A stretch of 64,000 bases of DNA from Polaromonas sp. Its GTDB lineage: Bacteria; Pseudomonadota; Gammaproteobacteria; Burkholderiales; Burkholderiaceae_C. The DNA is taken from contig NZ_JAUXUP010000015.1 of the NCBI RefSeq assembly GCF_030680935.1, forward strand, positions 1,948-65,947. The letters are read 5' to 3'. Both the position numbers and the translations under genes were made by a program. The notes below the pieces were generated by a model that worked only from the letters and a program-made list of their open reading frames with translations, did not search any database and had not been told where the DNA came from. Below are positions 37,831-46,752 of the stretch, piece by piece (the first letter of the stretch is position 1; each line of letters begins with the position of its first letter).

Positions 37831-39069
37831 TCACTGGTCTTTGAGGAATTCCGACTCGATTTTCCACTTGCCATCCTTCTGCATCACCGACTTGAGGCCG
37901 GCGAAGGCCACGTAGTCGGAGGTGACGGTCCAGCGGCCGTCCTTGATCTGCGACAGGCGCGTGTAGCGGTTGCCCAGGCGCTTGGTGGGTGAGAAGGTCA
38001 TCTCCGGTGTGCCAAACATGTCGCGGTTGTACGTGGTGCTGTCCATGGTCTTGATGAACGAATCGGTGGTGAACGCAGGTCCGGTGCGAAACGCCGTCTT
38101 GAGGAAGCTGTCAACCGCCGCATAGCCGTAGACCGACATGACCGAAGGTTCTTCGTTGAACTTGGTCTTGTATTTATTCGCCCAGAAGCGCACTGGCTGC
38201 TCGGCAGCGTCGAGGTAAGGGTGTTGCGCCGTCATGGTGGCGTACAGGTTGTCCATGAGTTTGCCGCCCAGCCTGGGGATGAGGTCGGTGTACACCGCGC
38301 TGGAGCCGACAAAGGCGGGGCTGAAACCGGTCTTGCGGGACTCGGCAATGGCTCCCACCGTCTCGCGGATGACGGTGCCCAGCACCACCAGGTCGCAGCC
38401 CGCCGCCTTCATTCTGGCTACCTGCGACGAGAAATCAGTCGCGCCGCGCTTGTAGCTGGTTTTTTCCGCCAGTTCCATGTTGATCGTCTTCAGGCCGGCT
38501 TCGCTGCCGCGCAATACTTCCAGCCCGAAGTCATCGTCCTGGTAGAGGATGCAGGGTTTCTTCAGGTTCAGGTCTTTCACCAGGCGCGGCGCGGCGATCC
38601 GCATCTGGTCGTAGTACGTGGCGGCACTGGAAAACTTCAGGCGGTGGAAGGGCTCATACATTTCACGCGCTGCGGTGATGGGCAGGAAATTGATGACGTT
38701 CTTCTCGAACTGCACGGGCATGGCCGCCATGTTCTGCGACGTGCCGAGGTGGCCGACCATGGCAAAGATGCCGTCCCCCTGCGTCACCAGCTTCTGCGCG
38801 CCCAGCACTGCACGCTTGGGGTCGTAGCCGGAGTCTTCAACCAGCAGCTTGAGCTTGCGGCCATGAACGCCGCCCAGTTCGTTGGCCTCGTCGACGCGCA
38901 TTTGCATGCCCATCCGGATCTGCTTGCCATAGGAGGCGAGTGGACCCGACAGGTCCTGGATGGTGCCGATCGCTATCTCGGTTTTGCTCACGCCGGGGGT
39001 GGCGGACTGGGCCCAGGCCGGGGCGCCGCCTGCAGCAAGGACGGCGGCGAGGATGAGTCTGATGTTCAT
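37831..39069 (-). CDS. Liv-type ABC substrate-binding protein 2 (paralog of SBP1)
   Basis: MNIRLILAAVLAAG signal peptide; shares MAAMPVQFEKNVINF.PITAAREMYEPFH and YKRGATDFSSQVA with SBP1. Confidence 0.9.
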   Translation of the reverse strand: MNIRLILAAVLAAGGAPAWAQSATPGVSKTEIAIGTIQDLSGPLASYGKQIRMGMQMRVDEANELGGVHGRKLKLLVEDSGYDPKRAVLGAQKLVTQGDGIFAMVGHLGTSQNMAAMPVQFEKNVINFLPITAAREMYEPFHRLKFSSAATYYDQMRIAAPRLVKDLNLKKPCILYQDDDFGLEVLRGSEAGLKTINMELAEKTSYKRGATDFSSQVARMKAAGCDLVVLGTVIRETVGAIAESRKTGFSPAFVGSSAVYTDLIPRLGGKLMDNLYATMTAQHPYLDAAEQPVRFWANKYKTKFNEEPSVMSVYGYAAVDSFLKTAFRTGPAFTTDSFIKTMDSTTYNRDMFGTPEMTFSPTKRLGNRYTRLSQIKDGRWTVTSDYVAFAGLKSVMQKDGKWKIESEFLKDQ

Positions 39070-39168
39070 GGGTTGTCTCCAGGATTTTGGGTAGGTGCAA
39101 ATGAATTCGCAACGAATTGTTTCCTGCGCGGGCCCTTGCTGCCTTGCACCTTGGCGACACAAAAAATG

Positions 39169-39194
39169 AAAAAGCCGCTTCTGGAAGCGGCTTT
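39169..39194 (-). terminator. Intrinsic terminator after the acyl-CoA ligase
   Basis: aaaaagccgcttc-tg-gaagcggcttt; U-tract on the minus strand. Confidence 0.75.
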
Positions 39195-39234
39195 AGTCAC
39201 GTCGGCGACCAGCGTGATCAGGGTTAGACCTGAG

Positions 39235-41091
39235 TTAGCGATACATCGCTTCGATCGGGGTGGCGTACTTCTTCTCGACCAGCTTGCGTTTGAGTTTCAT
39301 GGTCGGGGTCAGCTCTTCGTCTTCTGCACTGAGCTGGGTTTCCAGCAGAAAAAACTTCTTGATCTGCTCGACCCGCGCAAACTTCTTGTTGACCCGGTCC
39401 ATCTCGCTCTGGATCAGTTCCTGCACCGCCGCTGCACGCGTCAGGCTCAGGTAGTTGCTGAAGGGCACATCGTTGTCCTGCGCGTATTTCTCAACATTCT
39501 CCTGGTCGATCATCACGATGGCCGTCAGGTAAGGGCGCTTGTCACCAATCACCACCGCGTCGGTAATATAAGGCGAGAATTTCAGTTCATTTTCCAGCTC
39601 ACTGGGCGTGACGTTTTTGCCACCTGCCGTGATGATGATGTCTTTCATGCGGTCGGTGATGCGAAAGAATCCTTCCTCGTCCATCAGCCCCACGTCGCCC
39701 GTGTGCAGCCAGCCGTCGGCGTCTATGGTCTCTGCTGTCTTTTCGGGCAGGTTCAGATAGCCCATGAAAACATTGGGGCCGCGCACCAGAATTTCTCCCG
39801 TTGCCGGGTCGAGTTTGACCTCGTTGTAGCCTGCGGCCGGTCCTATGGAGCCCGGCTTGATTCGGCTGGCCGGAACACCGGTGGCCGCACCGCAGGTTTC
39901 CGTCATGCCCCACACTTCCAGCATTGGCACGCCCAGCGCCATGTACCACTTGACGAGTTCTGGCGAAATAGGTGCAGCGCCGGTGACGCAAAAACGAGCA
40001 CGGTGGATACCTATGAGTTTTCTTGCATTGTCCAGCGCGATCCAACGGGCAATCGTGAACTTCAACTTCAGCCAGCCACTGACCGCTTCGCCCGCCATGA
40101 CCTTGTCGGCGATCTCGGTGCCCACGCCTATACCCCAGGCATACGCGCCCTGCTGCAGCGGGCTTGCCTCCTTGAGTGCAATCATCACGCCGGAGTAAAA
40201 CTTTTCCCAAACCCGGGGTACAGCAGTGAAAACGGTGGGCGCAATCTCACGTACGTTTTCCGGGATGGTCTCGGGGTTTTCGACAAAGTTGAGTTTGGCG
40301 CCGGTGTACATTGCAAAATATTCGCCGCCCATGCGCTCGGCAATGTGGCATAGCGGCAGAAAACACATGCGCTCATCATTCTCATCCTGCGCTACCAGTG
40401 TGTTGTAGCCGCGCGCGGTGAACACCAGACCCCGGTGGTTGTGCATCGCGCCTTTGGGCTTGCCCGTGGTGCCCGAGGTGTAGACCAGAATGGCCAGGTC
40501 TTCGGGCCTGCAGGCATTGGCGCGTTTTTCAACGGCATCCGGATGCTGCGCGAGGTAGTTGCGGCCCAGTTCGCGCAACGCGGCCAGGCTGATGACATCG
40601 GCCTCATCCAGATCGCGCAGACCTTCCATGTCAAATACAACAATCTTGCGCAGGATGGCCAATTGACTGCGCACTTCGAGGGCTTTGTCGAGCTGCTCGT
40701 CGTCTTCCACAAACAGGATGGTGGTGCGTGAGTCCTCGCAGAGGTAATGCACTTGCGACGCTGCATCTGTCGGGTAGATGCCATTGGCGACACCACCGCA
40801 ACTGAGCACAGCCAGATCCGCCAGCACCCACTCAATCACGGTGTTGGAGAGGATGGACGCACATTCGCCGGGCGCAAAGCCCAGGCTGATCAGTCCGGCA
40901 GAAATTTCCCGTACCGCTTCACCCGTCTGGTTCCAGCTCCAGCTGCGCCAGATGCCGAGCTTCTTCTGCCGCATCCAGACCTTGTCCTGGCGCTGGTTGA
41001 CGCCGTTCCAGAACAGGGCGGGAATCGTTTCGCCTTCAAGCACTACGCGGGTTTCAGGCTGGATGTGGGAGAGATCCCAAAGATTGCTCAT
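39235..41091 (-). CDS. Long-chain fatty-acid--CoA ligase (FadD15/AtuH-like)
   Basis: YTSGTTGKPKG, FLPLCHIAER, WGMTE, GWLHTGD, DRMKDIIITAGGKNV, LTPTMKLKR. Confidence 0.93.
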   Translation of the reverse strand: MSNLWDLSHIQPETRVVLEGETIPALFWNGVNQRQDKVWMRQKKLGIWRSWSWNQTGEAVREISAGLISLGFAPGECASILSNTVIEWVLADLAVLSCGGVANGIYPTDAASQVHYLCEDSRTTILFVEDDEQLDKALEVRSQLAILRKIVVFDMEGLRDLDEADVISLAALRELGRNYLAQHPDAVEKRANACRPEDLAILVYTSGTTGKPKGAMHNHRGLVFTARGYNTLVAQDENDERMCFLPLCHIAERMGGEYFAMYTGAKLNFVENPETIPENVREIAPTVFTAVPRVWEKFYSGVMIALKEASPLQQGAYAWGIGVGTEIADKVMAGEAVSGWLKLKFTIARWIALDNARKLIGIHRARFCVTGAAPISPELVKWYMALGVPMLEVWGMTETCGAATGVPASRIKPGSIGPAAGYNEVKLDPATGEILVRGPNVFMGYLNLPEKTAETIDADGWLHTGDVGLMDEEGFFRITDRMKDIIITAGGKNVTPSELENELKFSPYITDAVVIGDKRPYLTAIVMIDQENVEKYAQDNDVPFSNYLSLTRAAAVQELIQSEMDRVNKKFARVEQIKKFFLLETQLSAEDEELTPTMKLKRKLVEKKYATPIEAMYR

Positions 41092-41109
41092 GTTGCGGCC
41101 TGTCTTTTC

Positions 41110-41240
41110 TCAATTTGCACGGGGGCGGCCTCTCGCCTCCCGGGAGCTGGTGGATTTGTTGGCAAACAGGTGTGGGCTCGCGAAGCCGTTCGCGCTATGT
41201 CGGTCCCCACGCTGCGGGGCCCCTCGCCAAGTGCGCTCAC
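41110..41240. repeat. Structured intergenic element between livF and the ligase
   Basis: Small hairpins gcgaagccgttcgc and ccccacgctgcgggg; single copy. Confidence 0.35.
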
Positions 41241-41244
41241 GGCT

Positions 41245-42042
41245 TCATCTCCATGTCTTCTTCTTCTTCCAGCGGCGCTCACTGCGCACGCCGTCTTCCT
41301 TCATGCCCAGGTAGAACTCCTTGATGTCTTCCTTTTCCCGCAACCGGGCACAGGTGTCTTCCATCACGATGCGGCCGTTTTCCAGCACGTAGCCGTAGTC
41401 GGACGCGTTCAGGGCCATGTTGGCGTTTTGTTCAACCAGCAAGATGGTGGTGCCGCGCTCGCGGTTGATGCGCACCACGATCTCGAAGATTTCCTTGGTC
41501 AGCTTGGGGCTGAGGCCCAGGCTGGGCTCGTCCAGCAGGATCAGGTCGGGCGAGGCCATCAAGGCGCGCGAGATCGACAACATCTGCTGCTGGCCGCCCG
41601 AGAGCAGGCCCGCATCCTGCAAGGCCCGCTCGCGCAGGATGGGGAAGTAGCCAAACACGGCTTCAATGTCTTTGGCCACGCCATCGCGGTCCTTGCGGGT
41701 GTAGGCGCCCATCAGCAGGTTGTCGCGCACGCTGAGCAGCGGGAACACCTCGCGGCCTTCGGGCACATGGCTCAGGCCCTGCTGCACAATGTAGGCCGGA
41801 TCTTGCGCGGTGATGTTGCCGCCCTTGAACTCGATCGAGCCTTTGCGCGGATCGATGATGCCGGAGATGGTTTTCAAAATGGTGGTTTTGCCCGCGCCGT
41901 TGGAGCCCAGCACGGTGGCGATTTCGCCGCGCCGCACCTGCAGGCTGACGCCGCGTATGGCCTTGATCGGTCCGTAAGAGCTCTCGACGTTGAGCAGCTT
42001 GAGCACGGGCTGGTCGCTGACCGGAGGAGGTACGGCGCTCAT
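41245..42042 (-). CDS. ABC ATP-binding protein, LivF-like
   Basis: GSNGAGKTT, PEGREVF, LSGGQQQM, LLDEPSLGL, VEQN. Confidence 0.93.
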   Translation of the reverse strand: MSAVPPPVSDQPVLKLLNVESSYGPIKAIRGVSLQVRRGEIATVLGSNGAGKTTILKTISGIIDPRKGSIEFKGGNITAQDPAYIVQQGLSHVPEGREVFPLLSVRDNLLMGAYTRKDRDGVAKDIEAVFGYFPILRERALQDAGLLSGGQQQMLSISRALMASPDLILLDEPSLGLSPKLTKEIFEIVVRINRERGTTILLVEQNANMALNASDYGYVLENGRIVMEDTCARLREKEDIKEFYLGMKEDGVRSERRWKKKKTWR

Positions 42043-42890
42043 GAGCGGGCCTCCTGGTTGAGATTGACCGGCTGGTGCTGGCGGCGCAGTGACGACACAT
42101 CATCGACCGAGCCGAGGTAGGCCTCGATCACGCCAGGGTCGTTTTGCACCTCGCGCGGTGTGCCCATGGCGAGGACTTCGCCCTGGTTCATGGCCAGCAC
42201 CCGGTCAGAGACCTTGGAGACCAGCGTCATGTCGTGCTCCACCATCAGCACAGTGATGCCCAGCTCGTTTTTGATGTCCTGGATCCAGAAAGCCATGTCG
42301 TCGGTTTCTTCCACATTCAGGCCCGAGGAGGGCTCGTCTAGCAGCAGCAGCTTCGGTTCAGTGCACAAGGCCCGAGCCAATTCCACCACTTTGCGCACGC
42401 CATAGGGCAGGCCGGCAACATAGGAGTCGCGGTGATGCTGCAAGTCCAGGAAGTCGATCACCTCCTCGGCTTTTTCACGCGCCTGAATCTCAGCCTCACG
42501 GGTTTTCTGGGTGAAGAAGATTTCGCTCCAAAGCCCGGTTTGCCTGTGGGTGTGCCGGCCTATCAGCAGGTTGTGCAGTACGGTGGCGTGTTCAAACAAT
42601 TCGATGTTCTGGAAGGTGCGCGCAATGCCCAGCGCGGCGATCTTGTGCGGTGGCTGATCGGTCAGCTTGGCGCCCAGGTAGTCGATCTCGCCGGTGGTGG
42701 GCGTGTAGATGCGGCTGATCAGGTTGAACACCGTGGTCTTGCCCGCACCGTTGGGGCCGATCAGGGTGAAGACTTCGCCCTGCTTGACATCAAAGCTGAC
42801 GTTGTTCACGGCCAGCACGCCGCCAAAACGGACACTGAGGTTTCTTGCGGACAGCAAGGGCTGCCCGGCTGGTTGTAGTGTGGGGCTCAT
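42039..42890 (-). CDS. ABC ATP-binding protein, LivG-like
   Basis: GPNGAGKTT, ARTFQN, LPYG, LLDEPSSG, EAYLG. Confidence 0.93.
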   Translation of the reverse strand: MSPTLQPAGQPLLSARNLSVRFGGVLAVNNVSFDVKQGEVFTLIGPNGAGKTTVFNLISRIYTPTTGEIDYLGAKLTDQPPHKIAALGIARTFQNIELFEHATVLHNLLIGRHTHRQTGLWSEIFFTQKTREAEIQAREKAEEVIDFLDLQHHRDSYVAGLPYGVRKVVELARALCTEPKLLLLDEPSSGLNVEETDDMAFWIQDIKNELGITVLMVEHDMTLVSKVSDRVLAMNQGEVLAMGTPREVQNDPGVIEAYLGSVDDVSSLRRQHQPVNLNQEARS

Positions 42891-43963
42891 TTCAGACGAT
42901 CTGATTTCTGGAAGGATTTCTGCCGCTTGAACATGCCTTTTCGGTAAAACGGAAAGGTCTGCAGATAGGTACGCACTTTCAGCCAGCGGCCATACAGGCC
43001 CAGGGGTTCAAACAGCACAAAGGCAATCAACACCATGCCATACACCACGCCTTGCAGGCCCGGTGCCTGGCCGATGGCGGCGGGCAGGTAATCCTTGACC
43101 AGCGCAATCGCCTGCGGCATCGAGATCAGGAAGATTGCACCCAGAAAGGCGCCGTGCACCGAACCGACGCCGCCGACCACAATCAGCAGCAGCAGCTCTA
43201 TGGACTGCAGGATGTTGAATTGGTCGGGCGATATGAATTGCAGCTTGTGTGCATACAGGGCGCCGGCGACACCGGCCAGTGCTGCCGACAGCGCAAACGA
43301 AAGGGTTTTGTAGCGCGCCAGGTGAATGCCCATGCTTTGCGCGGAAATTTCCGAATCTCGGATAGCCACAAAGGCGCGGCCCGTCGGTGAACGCAGCAGG
43401 TTCAGGATGGCCAGCGTAGAGACAACCGCCAGTAGCAGGCAGAGAAAATAGAAGGCTTCGCCGCTGTCCAGCTTCCAGCCGAACATGTCGGGCGCCTTGA
43501 TGTGGATGCCCGAGTTGCCGCCGGTGACGCTTTCCCAGCGTGCAAAGACCTCCTCGACGATGAAGCCGAAGGAAAGTGTGGCCATGCCGAGATAGATGCC
43601 TTTGACGCGCAGTGCCGGCAAGCCAACAACCAGACCCACAGCGGCCGACAGGCCGGCCGCGCAGGCCAGCGCAATCGGAAAGGGCACACCGGCATTGGTC
43701 ATGACGGCCTGGGTATAGGCGCCGACGCCAAGAAAGGCGGCATGACCCAGCGAGAACAGTCCGGTGAAGCCCGCCAGCAGCATCAGTCCCAGGCCGGCAA
43801 TCGAATAGATCAGGATGAAGGTCAGCTGGGCCAGCCAGTATTCGGCAAACAGCCAGGGCGCAGCAACCAGCAGCAGCATCAGCGCGCCGTACCAGAAGAC
43901 ATGCCCGCCGTGTTTGGCAAGCTTGATGTCCTGCCCGTAGTCGGTTTTAAATATGAAACGCAT
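42887..43963 (-). CDS. ABC permease, LivM-like
   Basis: GLFSLGHAAF, LRVKGIYLGMATL, TGRAFVAIRDSE. Confidence 0.92.
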   Translation of the reverse strand: MRFIFKTDYGQDIKLAKHGGHVFWYGALMLLLVAAPWLFAEYWLAQLTFILIYSIAGLGLMLLAGFTGLFSLGHAAFLGVGAYTQAVMTNAGVPFPIALACAAGLSAAVGLVVGLPALRVKGIYLGMATLSFGFIVEEVFARWESVTGGNSGIHIKAPDMFGWKLDSGEAFYFLCLLLAVVSTLAILNLLRSPTGRAFVAIRDSEISAQSMGIHLARYKTLSFALSAALAGVAGALYAHKLQFISPDQFNILQSIELLLLIVVGGVGSVHGAFLGAIFLISMPQAIALVKDYLPAAIGQAPGLQGVVYGMVLIAFVLFEPLGLYGRWLKVRTYLQTFPFYRKGMFKRQKSFQKSDRLK

Positions 43964-43969
43964 GAGGGC

Positions 43970-44845
43970 TTAGACTTTCTTGCGGAGTTTTTCGCCGAAC
44001 AAACCGTTGGGCTTGACCATCAGCATGAACAGCACCACCACATAGGCCGCGATGTCCTTGATGCCATCGGGCGCGTAAAAACCGGCCAGCGATTCGACAA
44101 TGCCGATGATCAGGCCGCCGACAATGGCACCGGGCAAGCTGCCGAAGCCGCCAACCACCGCGGCCGGGAAGGCCTTCAAGCCGATGAAACCCATGTTGGC
44201 GTGTACAAAAGTAATGGGCGCGAGCAGCAGTCCAGCGACCGCTGCTACGGCTGCGGCCAGACCCCAGACAAGCCCATTGATGCGTTTGACCGGAATACCC
44301 ATGTAGTAGGCGGCCAGCTGGTTCTGCGATGACGCCTGCATGGCAATGCCCAGCTTGCTGTACTTGAACGCCGCAAACAGCACGAGGCACAATGCAGCGG
44401 TGCTGCCGATGACGGCCATTTTTTCGACATTGAGCACCAGCGCGCCGACGTTCCAGATCTGGTCCTTGTAGGGCACGGGCAGGGTGTGGGTTTCGGTGCC
44501 TATGCCGGGGATCATGGTGATCAGGCCGCGTGCCGTGTAGCCGACACCGATGGTCAGCATCACAATGGAAAACGCGGGTTGACCGAGGATGGGCCGTATC
44601 ACCAGCCGCTCCAGCAGCACGCCGAACAGGGCCATCCCGGCAATCGAGCTGAGGATGGCCAGCCAGTAGGGAAAGCCCAGCATGGTCATGCAGGCCAGTC
44701 CGCCGAAAGCGCCCAGCATCATCAGCTCACCCTGCGCGAAGCTGACCGTCTCGGTGGCCTTGTAGATGAGCACAAAACCCAGCGCGATCAGCCCGTAAAT
44801 ACAGCCCTGCGCTGAGCCGTCGATGATCAATTGCAATATCTGCAC
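43970..44845 (-). CDS. ABC permease, LivH-like
   Basis: GCIYGLIALGFVLIY...SFAQGE, AAVVGGFGSLPG; GTG start at 44845. Confidence 0.9.
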   Translation of the reverse strand: MQILQLIIDGSAQGCIYGLIALGFVLIYKATETVSFAQGELMMLGAFGGLACMTMLGFPYWLAILSSIAGMALFGVLLERLVIRPILGQPAFSIVMLTIGVGYTARGLITMIPGIGTETHTLPVPYKDQIWNVGALVLNVEKMAVIGSTAALCLVLFAAFKYSKLGIAMQASSQNQLAAYYMGIPVKRINGLVWGLAAAVAAVAGLLLAPITFVHANMGFIGLKAFPAAVVGGFGSLPGAIVGGLIIGIVESLAGFYAPDGIKDIAAYVVVLFMLMVKPNGLFGEKLRKKV

Positions 44846-44862
44846 TTTTACTCCACAATAAA

Positions 44863-44890
44863 TTTTTACAAAGCAGGTGCTTGGTAAAAA
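44863..44890. promoter_or_regulatory. 28-bp palindromic operator in the livH/atuA divergent promoter
   Basis: TTTTTACAAAGCA-GG-TGCTTGGTAAAAA (13-bp arms, 1 mismatch); matches 27526-27553. Confidence 0.75.
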
Positions 44891-44971
44891 TAAACGAATT
44901 GCCGGAAGGCGGGCCGAGCCGCAACTTTTTTCCGCTTTGAATTTGACGGGGTTGATCATGAGCTGGATTCA

Positions 44972-46366
44972 ATGAAAAAATCAATCCGGATTGGTGCCGG
45001 GTTGGGTTTCTACGGAGACGCATGGGAACCGGTGCTGGCAAGCATTGAGCGTGGAGGTGTTCAGTACATCGCGAGTGACCACCTCGCCGAGCTCACGCTG
45101 GCGATCTTGCAGAAGGACCTGCAGCGTGATGTTTCCCTCGGCTACGCTAGGGACGTGGTGCCCATGCTCATGCGTTTGTGGCCGGCCATGGCGCAGCGAA
45201 AAGTACGCTTCATCTGCAACGCCGGAGGCCTCAATCCGGCCGGTGCGGCAGCCGCTGTTCGCGACGCTTTTGCGGCAAAAGGATGGACTGCGCGCGTCGC
45301 CGTTGTGACAGGAGACGAGGTTTTAAAGCAGCTCTCTGACCTGGCACCGGCACATATGTTTAACGGCGCTTCATTTGATTCGGTGTGCGAGCGCATGGTG
45401 TTTGCAAATGCCTATCTTGGCGCGCGCCCCATCGTTTCTGCACTGCAGCAGGGCGCAGATATCGTGATCACCGGGCGTGTGGCCGATGCGGCCCTATTTC
45501 TCGCGCCGCTGGTGCATGAGTTCGACTGGAACCTGGGTGACAGTGCGGATCCTGCGACACCCGCCGACCTGAATCGTCTGGCCCAGGGCCTGGCTGTCGG
45601 GCACCTGCTCGAGTGTTCGGGTCAGGGCAGCGGCGGCAACTTTGGCAGCCTGCAGGCCTGGAAAGATATTCCCGATCTGGCCCACATCGGTTATCCGATT
45701 GCCGAGGTCAGTGAAGACGGCAGCGCCGTCATCACCAAGGCGCCGGGCACCGGTGGCCGCATCAACTTCGACACCGTGCGCCAGCAACTGCTGTACGAGG
45801 TGCATAACCCCCACGCCTATGCCTCCCCCGATGTGATGCTGGACCTGTCCACCATCCTCCTCGAAGACCTGGGCCAGGACAGGGTGCGCATGACGGGCGC
45901 GACGGGCCACGCGCGCCCTGAGCAACTCAAGGTCGTGGGTGGCTATCGCGACGGCTTCAAGGCCGAGGTGACCTGGGGCTTCAGCTGGCCTGACGCGTAC
46001 GACAAGGCGCTGGCGGCAGTACAGATGGTGAAGGCGCAGCTGGCCGACAAGGCGGTGCCGCACGAGGCGTTGTTTGTCGAATTTCCGGGGCTCAACTCGG
46101 CGCATGGCGCGCTGGCGCCCCTGCCTGATACCGCCGGGCTGGCAGACCTCAACGAAGTGTGGGTGCGCATGGTGCTGCGCACGAACGATAAAAAAGCCGC
46201 TGACGGTTTTGGCCGCCTGTTTCCGTGGATGGGGCTCAGCGGCCCGGCTTACACCTGCGGTTTTCACGGCTTGCACAACACCAGCGAATTGCTCGGCATC
46301 TGGCCGGCGCTGATAGACCGCAGCCTCGTCGAGCCAAACACGCGCGTGGAGCTGCTACAGACATGA
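44972..46366 (+). CDS. atuA: Acyclic terpene utilization AtuA-family protein (DUF1446; N-terminal part of a split AtuA)
   Basis: IRIGAGLGFYGD, DHLAELT, NAGGLNP, ANAYLGA, ITGRVAD, GHLLECSGQ, QLLYEVH.P..Y.SPDV. Confidence 0.85.
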   Translation: MKKSIRIGAGLGFYGDAWEPVLASIERGGVQYIASDHLAELTLAILQKDLQRDVSLGYARDVVPMLMRLWPAMAQRKVRFICNAGGLNPAGAAAAVRDAFAAKGWTARVAVVTGDEVLKQLSDLAPAHMFNGASFDSVCERMVFANAYLGARPIVSALQQGADIVITGRVADAALFLAPLVHEFDWNLGDSADPATPADLNRLAQGLAVGHLLECSGQGSGGNFGSLQAWKDIPDLAHIGYPIAEVSEDGSAVITKAPGTGGRINFDTVRQQLLYEVHNPHAYASPDVMLDLSTILLEDLGQDRVRMTGATGHARPEQLKVVGGYRDGFKAEVTWGFSWPDAYDKALAAVQMVKAQLADKAVPHEALFVEFPGLNSAHGALAPLPDTAGLADLNEVWVRMVLRTNDKKAADGFGRLFPWMGLSGPAYTCGFHGLHNTSELLGIWPALIDRSLVEPNTRVELLQT

Positions 46367-46752
46367 ACACACCCGCACAGAAAATACAGCTTGCCCGGCT
46401 GGCCCATGCGCGCAGCGGCGACAAGGCCGACTGGGTGGACTTCGGCCTGTTTGCCTGGAACGAAACTGGATATGCCGTCCTGGCCCGCGAGGTCACGGTC
46501 GAGCGTGTGCAAGCCCACTTTGCCCCCTGGCTGCCGGGCCGGGTCGAATGCTGGACCTTGCCGAACATTCTGGCGATCAAACTGGTGTTGCATGACGCGC
46601 TGCAGGGCGGCGGTGCGCGCAACCTGCGGCTGGACAACCTGGGCAAGTCCATGGCGGCGGCGCTGCTGCGCATGGAGATCAATGTCAACGACTATGAACT
46701 CGCCGCCTGCCTGGCGGCGCCCCGTGTTGGCTGGTGGGGAGACAAACCATGA
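46363..46752 (+). CDS. Small AtuA-related protein (AtuA C-terminal domain-like)
   Basis: LARLAHARSGDKAD, LHDALQGGG..NLRLDNLGKS; ATGA-coupled to atuA. Confidence 0.82.
   Translation: MNTPAQKIQLARLAHARSGDKADWVDFGLFAWNETGYAVLAREVTVERVQAHFAPWLPGRVECWTLPNILAIKLVLHDALQGGGARNLRLDNLGKSMAAALLRMEINVNDYELAACLAAPRVGWWGDKP

Noticed and set aside
38221-40353. 710-aa + strand ORF, plus other long antisense ORFs (18942-20609, 21853-23697, 25420-27483, 54200-55771, 6921-8291)
   Set aside because: Shadow frames opposite well-supported genes, with no recognisable motifs; typical of GC-rich DNA with few stop codons.
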